Under the pieces are notes generated by a model. That model saw only the letters and a program-made list of their open reading frames with translations. It did not search any database and was not told the origin of the DNA. A stretch of DNA of 64,000 bases from a virus, in the IMG/VR virus record IMGVR_UViG_3300032294_001228, positions 54,685 through 118,684 of that record; one strand, written 5' to 3'. Positions 56,840-64,000 of this stretch are shown one piece after another (the first letter of the stretch is position 1; every line of letters begins with the position of its first letter). A program made the translations under genes and the position numbers.

Positions 56840-56868
56840 TTGACCTAGACCTAAATAACCTATATACT
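56840..56868 (+). promoter_or_regulatory. sigma70 promoter with nested late element (folE)
   Basis: TTGACC-17-TATACT; TAAATA at 56852-56857. Confidence 0.65.
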
Positions 56869-56910
56869 ATAACAATATGGCAATCCTCTGCCTTAACATC
56901 GGAGACTTAA

Positions 56911-57603
56911 ATGAGCAATAAAATCAGTGATATTATCCTTGAACGTATCAGTAATGATGGTACGAGATATTGGGCAGGTGATAATATATCAAAATATATC
57001 AAAGACGAAGAACGAGCACAGTTAGTAGATGAACTGACTGAGAAATTTGAAGGTGTGCTTGACAGTCTATTAATTGATCGACACACAGATCCAAACAGTC
57101 AAGGCACTGCACGTCGACTAGCAAAAATGTATCTATATGAGATCATGGCAGGACGTTATGATCCAGCACCAGATGCCACAGCTTTTCCAAATGATAGTGA
57201 GGATCGTTATGAAGGTATGCTGGTGGTTCGCAGTGAGCTTCGTAGTATGTGTAGTCATCATCATCAACCTGTAGCTGGCGTTGCTTATATTGGTATTATC
57301 GCCGCACAGAAACTTATTGGCCTTAGCAAGTATACTCGTATTGCTCAATGGTGTAGTCGTCGTGGCACACTGCAAGAAGAACTAGCTAACGACATCGCCC
57401 GAGAAATAATGAAAGCCACAGGCAGTGAAAATGTAGCAGTCTACATACAGGCCACACATGGTTGCTGTGAGAATCGTGGTATCATGGCACATAGCAGTCT
57501 AACACAGACTACTGTGCTTAAAGGTGCGTTCAAAGAAGATGGTAATACTAAGAAAGAATTCTTTGACAACATCAAACTACAACAGGAGTTTGCCCCAAGA
57601 TGA
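56911..57603 (+). CDS. folE: GTP cyclohydrolase I
   Basis: SMCSHHHQP, IGLSKYTRI, LQEEL, HGCCENRG. Confidence 0.95.
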   Translation: MSNKISDIILERISNDGTRYWAGDNISKYIKDEERAQLVDELTEKFEGVLDSLLIDRHTDPNSQGTARRLAKMYLYEIMAGRYDPAPDATAFPNDSEDRYEGMLVVRSELRSMCSHHHQPVAGVAYIGIIAAQKLIGLSKYTRIAQWCSRRGTLQEELANDIAREIMKATGSENVAVYIQATHGCCENRGIMAHSSLTQTTVLKGAFKEDGNTKKEFFDNIKLQQEFAPR

Positions 57604-57932
57604 TCGATTTAAAAGCCTTAAGTTTACGATATTTTTATCTATTTTCAAGTAAAAATTTAGATGAGATTAGTAAGATGTTCGCACCAGATTGCCAACTACG
57701 CGATTGGGAAAATGCAGCAGTAGGCAAAGATGATGTGGTAGCTGTCTATGAAAAGATTTTCAACAGCGTTGAAAGTATCGCAGTCACTCCAGGTGCAATA
57801 TATGAAGATGGAGATAACATCATAGCTGAACTATTGATTACTATCAACGGTACAGAACAAATATTTGTAACAGACGTCATTACCTACAACGAAGATGGTA
57901 AGATCATCAGCGTTAGAGCATACAAAGGATAA
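57600..57932 (+). CDS. SnoaL/NTF2-like protein
   Basis: YF..FSSKNLD...FAPD..LRDW....GK; DVITY..DGKI..VRAYKG. Confidence 0.75.
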   Translation: MIDLKALSLRYFYLFSSKNLDEISKMFAPDCQLRDWENAAVGKDDVVAVYEKIFNSVESIAVTPGAIYEDGDNIIAELLITINGTEQIFVTDVITYNEDGKIISVRAYKG

Positions 57933-57935
57933 ACA

Positions 57936-58238
57936 ATGCGTTGGATTAAACGTAAAATTTGCGGTTGGTTGGGTGTAGAACGCTACGATGATTGGGGTGA
58001 TGATGTGATGCCTATTAGAGATAGCGTAAGGATAAAAAGTGATGCCCCTAGTTTCTTTGATCGTAATCCAGAAAGCAATTTCCGTATCTATAATGCCACA
58101 GGTGGTATGATTCTCGAAGTCGGCCGCTGGGATAAGTCGCGTAGTGAATGGATCACAAACATGCATATTATAAATGATGATGAAGAGAACAAGACCGATG
58201 CTATTGCTAAGATTATGACCATGGAGTTAATGAGATGA
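57936..58238 (+). CDS. Hypothetical protein
   Basis: 100 aa; FRIYNATGGMILE. Confidence 0.7.
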   Translation: MRWIKRKICGWLGVERYDDWGDDVMPIRDSVRIKSDAPSFFDRNPESNFRIYNATGGMILEVGRWDKSRSEWITNMHIINDDEENKTDAIAKIMTMELMR

Positions 58239-58780
58239 AAAAATTATATGTTAGTGACGTAGATATTAGAGAATACGTAAATCGTATCAGTTTTCAAATG
58301 TATAAAGATAACTGGCGTCCGGATTATATCGTGGGATTGACACGCGGCGGATTAGTTCCTGCTGTGTACATGAGTCACACATTAGATATCCCCATGCATA
58401 CATTAAAAGTAGCCTTACGTGATAACGCAGATACCGAAAGTAACTGCTGGATGGCTGAAGATGCTTTTGGCTACGTCAGTGCTAGTACTGTTCCTAGACC
58501 AGAGGGTGAACCCACTACGGATCCAGCTCTACGTAAAAACATTTTGATCTTAGATGACATCAACGATACAGGTGCTACATTAGATTGGATCATACAAGAT
58601 TGGCAAGGTAGCAATTTACCTAACGATCCAGCTTGGACAGACATATGGGGAAACAACGTTCGTTTTGCTGTACTATTTGATAATCTCAGCAGTAAGTTTA
58701 GTCGTTGCGTTGACTACTATGCTATGACTATAAACAAAGCAGAAGAAGATGTTTGGATTGTTTATCCATGGGAACATTAA
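58235..58780 (+). CDS. Type I phosphoribosyltransferase (Gpt-like)
   Basis: VGLTRGGLVPA, ILILDDINDTGAT (PRPP motif), WIVYPWE. Confidence 0.9.
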   Translation: MKKLYVSDVDIREYVNRISFQMYKDNWRPDYIVGLTRGGLVPAVYMSHTLDIPMHTLKVALRDNADTESNCWMAEDAFGYVSASTVPRPEGEPTTDPALRKNILILDDINDTGATLDWIIQDWQGSNLPNDPAWTDIWGNNVRFAVLFDNLSSKFSRCVDYYAMTINKAEEDVWIVYPWEH

Positions 58781-58809
58781 TTGACTTTATTCATAAACTC
58801 TAGTATAAT
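58781..58809 (+). promoter_or_regulatory. sigma70 promoter (leaderless queE)
   Basis: TTGACT-17-TATAAT, then 6 nt to the ATG. Confidence 0.75.
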
Positions 58810-58815
58810 CACATT

Positions 58816-59670
58816 ATGAGCAAATTAAAAATATCCGAAATATTTTATTCAGCACAAGGCGAAGGACGCTTTGTGGGTGTGCCTAGTGTGTTCTTAAGAA
58901 CCTTTGGCTGTAACTTTACCTGTGGTGGTTTTGGTATGAGTAATCGAACACAGATGAGCACAGAGCGTGAGTTCATTGATCCCACACAGTATAGAATTTA
59001 TGAAGAACTACCTTTAGTTACCACAGGCTGTGACAGTTATGCAAGCTGGGATCCTAGATTTAAAAATTTTAGTCCCTTGTTAGAGATTAATGCTGTAGTC
59101 AACCGTATGCTAGATCTAGTACCTGGCAATAGTTGGATCATGCCCAACGGCAATGATACTCATCTGGTTGTCACGGGTGGTGAGCCATTGCTAGGTTGGC
59201 AACGTGCTTATCCGGAATTGTTAAGTCATAAGGATATGTATAATCTAAAGAACTTAACATTTGAAACAAATGGCACCCAGGAACTACATGAAGACTTTAT
59301 CAAGTATTTGAAGCTTTGGAAACGAGGTGGCAGAGAGATCACATTCTCAGTCAGTGCTAAATTAAGTGCGAGTGGTGAGAAGTGGGAAGATGCCGTTAAA
59401 CCTGAAATCGTTAAATCATATGAAAAGGTTGGAACTAGCTATCTTAAATTCGTAGTTGAAAATCCAGAAGACTTTGATGAAGTGGATCGAGCAGTAGCAG
59501 AATATCGTCGAGCTAAATTCAAAGGTGTTGTTTATATCATGCCCGTGGGTGGTGTAGTCAAAGTCTATGATGGAAATAAATTTAACGTAGCAGATGAAGC
59601 TATGCGTCGTGGTTATTATTACAGTCCAAGATTACATGTTGATCTTTGGGGGAATTCATGGGGCAAGTAA
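58816..59670 (+). CDS. queE: 7-carboxy-7-deazaguanine synthase (radical SAM)
   Basis: EIFYSAQGEG..VG.PSVFLR..GCNFTC...GCD, VVTGGEP, ETNG, SPRLHVDLWG. Confidence 0.9.
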   Translation: MSKLKISEIFYSAQGEGRFVGVPSVFLRTFGCNFTCGGFGMSNRTQMSTEREFIDPTQYRIYEELPLVTTGCDSYASWDPRFKNFSPLLEINAVVNRMLDLVPGNSWIMPNGNDTHLVVTGGEPLLGWQRAYPELLSHKDMYNLKNLTFETNGTQELHEDFIKYLKLWKRGGREITFSVSAKLSASGEKWEDAVKPEIVKSYEKVGTSYLKFVVENPEDFDEVDRAVAEYRRAKFKGVVYIMPVGGVVKVYDGNKFNVADEAMRRGYYYSPRLHVDLWGNSWGK

Positions 59671-59870
59671 AAGAAACACACAAAAGAACTATTGCTAGGA
59701 TGGTCAGTTATCGCATTACTGCCTGGCTTTTTACTATATTCTGGACATGGTTATGGACTGGAGATATTGTTAAGTCAACCGGCTTTGCTACAATATTACA
59801 TCTATTATTAAGTATCGACTACTATATACATGAACGTATATGGTTAAAAATTAAATGGGGAACTGAATGA
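59658..59870 (+). CDS. Small membrane protein (DUF2061-like)
   Basis: ETHKRTIARMVSYRI...YYIHERIW. Confidence 0.7.
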   Translation: MGQVKETHKRTIARMVSYRITAWLFTIFWTWLWTGDIVKSTGFATILHLLLSIDYYIHERIWLKIKWGTE

Positions 59871-60967
59871 GTTATTTGTTTACTAGTGAAAGTGTTAGCG
59901 AAGGACATCCAGATAAGGTAGCAGACGCTATATCAGATGCGGTATTAGATTTAATGATGCGCGAGCAGAATCCTGCTTATCGCTGTGCTTGCGAAACCTT
60001 AGTTACCACTAATCAAGTCGTCCTAGCTGGTGAATACAAAGGTATTTACAATCATTTAGAAGTTGAAAATGCAGTGCGTCGTGTTATCCGTGATATCGGT
60101 TACGAACAAGATGGATTCCATTGGAAAACTGCTAACATCATTAATTTAATGCATGGACAGTCAGCTGACATCGCTCTAGGCACAGACACTTTCGGTGCAG
60201 GTGACCAAGGACTGATGTTTGGCTATGCTATCAACGAAACACCGGATCTAATGCCTAGTGCTATCTATTACAGCCACAAAATCGTAAAAGAACTCACCTT
60301 ACGACGCAAGAATGGTGCCACATGGTTAGGTCCTGATGCCAAGTCACAGGTTACTATGGAATACAATGATGATGGTAGTGTTGCACGTATCGATAAGATC
60401 GTCTGTTCTACACAGCATTCAGCCGACATGGATATTAGCGAAGTGCGAGTAGCTGTTGAAACGTATATTAGAGAAGTATTACCCAAGGAGTTGATTGATG
60501 CTAACACTAAGTTTCTTATTAATCCTACTGGTCGTTTTGTTATTGGTGGTCCCGATGGTGATACTGGGCTTACTGGTCGTAAAATTATTGTTGATACTTA
60601 TGGCGGTTATAGCCCTCATGGTGGTGGTGCTTTTAGCGGTAAAGATCCTACTAAAGTTGATCGCAGTGCTGCTTATATGGCTAGGTATCTAGCTAAGAAT
60701 ATCGTGGCAAGCGGTCGTGCAACCAAAGCCACAGTTCAACTAAGTTATGCTATTGGCGTTAAAGAACCAACTAGTCTGTTTATCAAAACAGATCGAGGTG
60801 TTGATCTAGATTCAACCGATTGGATACAACAAAATGTTGATCTTACCCCACAGGGTATCATAAATAGATTTGAGTTGTTCCGTCCTATCTACAGTCAAAC
60901 AACTAACTATGGACATTTTGGTAAATCCAACTTACCATGGGAAACCATAGATTTATTCAAGGACTAA
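59867..60967 (+). CDS. metK: S-adenosylmethionine synthetase
   Basis: FTSESVSEGHPDK, GAGDQG, GGGAFSGKDPTKVDRS, YGHFG. Confidence 0.97.
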   Translation: MSYLFTSESVSEGHPDKVADAISDAVLDLMMREQNPAYRCACETLVTTNQVVLAGEYKGIYNHLEVENAVRRVIRDIGYEQDGFHWKTANIINLMHGQSADIALGTDTFGAGDQGLMFGYAINETPDLMPSAIYYSHKIVKELTLRRKNGATWLGPDAKSQVTMEYNDDGSVARIDKIVCSTQHSADMDISEVRVAVETYIREVLPKELIDANTKFLINPTGRFVIGGPDGDTGLTGRKIIVDTYGGYSPHGGGAFSGKDPTKVDRSAAYMARYLAKNIVASGRATKATVQLSYAIGVKEPTSLFIKTDRGVDLDSTDWIQQNVDLTPQGIINRFELFRPIYSQTTNYGHFGKSNLPWETIDLFKD

Positions 60968-60968
60968 C

Positions 60969-61343
60969 ATGATAAAGAAATTAATCAAAGATTTATTCGG
61001 AACTAAACCTGAACCTGCTACTTTAAAAGAGCAAAAAACTAAAAAGACTCCTAAAGAATTAGCTACTGAACGTGGTGAGCCTTGGGTGGAAGTACTTGGT
61101 ATGGAAATCGATAAGGATAATCCCGGACAAGGTGCGTTTGAATTGGATTGGAATGACAAATTCGTAGCCAATCTCGTACGTGCTGGCTATCAAGGCAAAA
61201 CAGATCAAGACATAGTAGACAATTGGTTCCGTACAGTTTGCCAAAATATCGTAATGGAAAATTATGAACAAGCTATGGCAGATCCCGCTAATCGACAAAA
61301 TAACCGTCGTGATCTTGGTAACGGTAGAACGGAAGTCAGTTGA
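60969..61343 (+). CDS. Conserved hypothetical protein
   Basis: ATERGEPWV...GAFELDWN. Confidence 0.7.
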   Translation: MIKKLIKDLFGTKPEPATLKEQKTKKTPKELATERGEPWVEVLGMEIDKDNPGQGAFELDWNDKFVANLVRAGYQGKTDQDIVDNWFRTVCQNIVMENYEQAMADPANRQNNRRDLGNGRTEVS

Positions 61344-61368
61344 CTTTAACCAAATTTAGTAGTATAAT
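61340..61368 (+). promoter_or_regulatory. sigma70 promoter (leaderless RNase H gene)
   Basis: TTGACT-17-TATAAT, then 6 nt to the ATG. Confidence 0.75.
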
Positions 61369-61374
61369 GTTTAC

Positions 61375-62376
61375 ATGAGATATTTACTTGTAGACACAGC
61401 AAACACATTCTTCAGAGCCCGACATTCAGCGCATCGCCAAAGTGACACTTGGGATAAGTTGGGTTTCGCTATCCACGTAACCCTAGCTTCAGTAAACAAA
61501 TCATGGCGTGATCAAAAAGCTGATCATGTTATCTTTTGTCTCGAAGGACGCAGTTGGCGCAAGGACTTCTACGAACCCTATAAGAAAAATCGCAGTGTTG
61601 CCCGTACCGCACTTACTGAAAGCGAAGCAGAAGAAGATCGTTTATTCTGGGAGACATTTGATGCGCTCAAAACTTTCATCGCTGATAAGACAAACTGCAC
61701 AGTGCTCCAACATCCTGAGCTTGAAGCAGATGATCTTATCGCTGGATTCATCCAAGCTCATCCCGACGATCATCACACTATTGTTAGTAGCGACACTGAT
61801 TTCTATCAGCTACTTGCTGATAATGTTAATCAATATAACGGGATAAGCGACGAGCTTCATACACTAAAAGGTATCTTTGATAAGAAAGGCAAACCTGTAA
61901 TAGATAAGAAAACCAAAGAACCTAAAAAGATTCCTGATCCCAAGTTTATACTTTTTGAAAAGTGTATGCGTGGTGATCCTACAGACAATATATTTTCCGC
62001 ATTTCCAGGCGTGCGCACCAAAGGTAGTAAGAACAAAGTAGGTCTTGAAGAAGCCTACAGCGACAAAGATAAGAAAGGTTATAATTGGAACAACATGATG
62101 CTACAGCGTTGGGTTGACCATAATGGTCTAGAACATCGTGTGTTAGATGACTACGAACGCAATCGCATCCTAGTTGATTTAACAGCACAACCAGATGATA
62201 TAAAAATTAAGATGGCAGAAACTATTGCGGCCTCTCAGGTGCCAAAAAATCAACCCATGGTCGGTGCCCAGTTCTTGAAGTTCTGTGGCAAATACGATCT
62301 AGTTAAACTTAGTGACAATGCTAGCGCGATCAGTGAATGGTTGATGGCTGGCTATCCGCAGAAAAAAACAGGCTAA
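61375..62376 (+). CDS. T4 RNase H-like 5'-3' exonuclease (FEN family)
   Basis: LLVD, SWRKDFYEPYKKNR, EADDLIA, SSDTDFYQL, GDPTDNI. Confidence 0.9.
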   Translation: MRYLLVDTANTFFRARHSAHRQSDTWDKLGFAIHVTLASVNKSWRDQKADHVIFCLEGRSWRKDFYEPYKKNRSVARTALTESEAEEDRLFWETFDALKTFIADKTNCTVLQHPELEADDLIAGFIQAHPDDHHTIVSSDTDFYQLLADNVNQYNGISDELHTLKGIFDKKGKPVIDKKTKEPKKIPDPKFILFEKCMRGDPTDNIFSAFPGVRTKGSKNKVGLEEAYSDKDKKGYNWNNMMLQRWVDHNGLEHRVLDDYERNRILVDLTAQPDDIKIKMAETIAASQVPKNQPMVGAQFLKFCGKYDLVKLSDNASAISEWLMAGYPQKKTG

Positions 62377-62382
62377 ATTTAA

Positions 62383-63516
62383 ATGTCACAGGTTATAACT
62401 AAATCAACTACTGCTTTTCCTATGTCGCTATCGACAGAAAATAATAAAATTAATTTACCAATTATCATATTCAATATCACTAACGTTTGTAATTTTAATT
62501 GTTCAGGATGTTATACCTTTAGTAATTTTAATTTTACAGGACATCAAAAATGGAGCGATTATGCCGAAATATATTCAGATTGGTCTACAAAAATAGATGC
62601 TCCTATATGGGAAATACTGGGTGGTGAACCTACACTTAATCCTGATTTTTTAAATTGGGTCAAAGGTGTTTCTACTCTATGGCCAAATGCCTCAGGTAGA
62701 ATAGCAACCAATGGGTCTAATACTAAAATGTTTAATCAAGAGTTTTATGATATTTTATGTAAAATTAAATCAGGTGCTACGATCAGAATAGAATTACACA
62801 ATGCATCATATCGCGAATCTACCCTGCACATGATAAAAAAATGGTTAAAAGGTCCGCTAGAAATTACTACATGTATTGATAATGATTTTGGATTTACTTC
62901 ACAATTAAATTATGCTATGCCAATTTGGATAGATAGTTATAAAAAAATAAAAGCAGATTCGTGGCCAGAATGTAATAGCGTAGAAGATTGGGAATCACTA
63001 CCTCAGAATATTAAAGATGAGTGCATCAATGATTTCAACCTAGACCCACCAAAAAAATATCTCGAGTCGGAATCCGGTATATTAGTTGTAGATAAAAATA
63101 ATATTACAGTTTTTATTGTAAACGGAGATAATTTTACCGAATGTCCATTGATCCCATCAGCTGATAAAACTACATTTAGATTACACAATAGTGACCCACT
63201 AGTCGCCCATGAATTGTGTAGTAGCAAAGGATGTCATTCGTTAATCAGGGGCAAATATTATAAGTGCCACCAAGTTGGGCATTTTGCAGAATTCGATCAA
63301 CAATTTAATATTATTTTTGATGATGAGAAAGATAGAGAATTACTATATAACTATAAACCAATAACTGTAGATCATTCCAACGAAGAAATGTTATTGGCTT
63401 TTGAAAATTTTAAAAATCCTCTAGAACAATGTAAATTTTGTTCAGAATCGTCTAAGGTAATTAAATTACAAGCAGAACCTAAAAAAATTGTTTTTAAAAA
63501 GAAGAAACATCAATGA
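62383..63516 (+). CDS. Radical SAM protein (AT-rich)
   Basis: CNFNCSGC (CxxxCxxC), LGGEPTLNP, ATNG, C-terminal YKC...CKFC. Confidence 0.85.
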   Translation: MSQVITKSTTAFPMSLSTENNKINLPIIIFNITNVCNFNCSGCYTFSNFNFTGHQKWSDYAEIYSDWSTKIDAPIWEILGGEPTLNPDFLNWVKGVSTLWPNASGRIATNGSNTKMFNQEFYDILCKIKSGATIRIELHNASYRESTLHMIKKWLKGPLEITTCIDNDFGFTSQLNYAMPIWIDSYKKIKADSWPECNSVEDWESLPQNIKDECINDFNLDPPKKYLESESGILVVDKNNITVFIVNGDNFTECPLIPSADKTTFRLHNSDPLVAHELCSSKGCHSLIRGKYYKCHQVGHFAEFDQQFNIIFDDEKDRELLYNYKPITVDHSNEEMLLAFENFKNPLEQCKFCSESSKVIKLQAEPKKIVFKKKKHQ

Positions 63517-64000
63517 TAGCAGACGGAAAGTTCCTAGCATTAGACTTAGAGCTCAATCAACCATCAGGTAAGATCATACAGGTTGGAGTCGCCATAGGCG
63601 ACAAGAATACACGCTTCGAAGACTATGTTGTCCGTAAATGGTATATAGATCCGCAAGAACCCATCAGCGAGTTTATCAATGATCTGACAGGTATAACCGA
63701 TAGTGATATACGTGCAGAAGCATACAGTCACGAAACAGTGGCCCGTGAGCTAGGTGAGCTGATCAAGGAACATAAGGTCTTTGTCAACCCGGTGACCTGG
63801 GGCGGTGGTGATAGTGTGGAATTACTAGCAGAATTCTGCAAAAACCATGCAGATTTTCCGCATTTTGGCCGTCGTTGGATAGATGTTAAGACCTGGTACA
63901 CATACTTGATGCTGACACGTGCAAAACAACCTAGCGGTGGATTAGCGTCAGCCATGGGCTACTTTAAACTGCATTTCAAAGGTAAGGCACATCGTGCAGA
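63513..64000 (+). CDS. DEDDh 3'-5' exonuclease, 3'-truncated by the window
   Basis: MIADGKFLALDLELNQ...IIQVG...LTGIT...TWGGGD...IDVK...HRA; open to the window end. Confidence 0.8.
   Translation, partial: MIADGKFLALDLELNQPSGKIIQVGVAIGDKNTRFEDYVVRKWYIDPQEPISEFINDLTGITDSDIRAEAYSHETVARELGELIKEHKVFVNPVTWGGGDSVELLAEFCKNHADFPHFGRRWIDVKTWYTYLMLTRAKQPSGGLASAMGYFKLHFKGKAHRA

Noticed and set aside
1-64000. Stop-codon reassignment (alternative genetic code)
   Set aside because: Core genes (Pol B, ClpA, MetK, FolE) are full length under code 11 and coding density is high.
1-64000. tRNA genes, CRISPR arrays, transposases or integrases
   Set aside because: No cloverleaf or T-loop pattern in the short spacers, no direct-repeat array and no recombinase motifs seen by eye; tRNAscan-SE would confirm.

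Overview
This window is 64 kb of a large, AT-rich, T4-like tailed phage genome, almost all on the + strand. The host is probably Gram-negative, judged from the spanins, lipoboxes and sigma70 promoters. T4-type late promoter cores (TAAATA) and near-consensus sigma70 promoters are both present. From left to right it holds: the end of a structural (baseplate-like) block; MazG, a DnaE fragment, GroES, the clamp loader and PhoH; a methyltransferase/sulfotransferase-like/ferritin-like/GATase island; and a lysis cassette whose holin ends in a -1 frameshift signal (G GGA AAA plus an H-type pseudoknot) that opens an unannotated 77-aa extension. Next come DnaJ/ClpA and a gp38-like Gly-rich fibre followed by FabF, two desaturases, an SDR and an oxygenase. 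About 11 kb of enzymes and small modules then share T4-like capsid-targeting N-termini and internal xxE cleavage-like sites. The right end holds a family B DNA polymerase, the sliding clamp, a 7-deazaguanine DNA-modification cluster (dpdA, queD-like, folE, queE, metK, plus a glycosyltransferase, aminotransferase and PRTase), RNase H, a radical SAM protein and a DEDDh exonuclease. I saw no tRNA, CRISPR array, intron or intein. All calls come from reading motifs by eye; no database searches were run.
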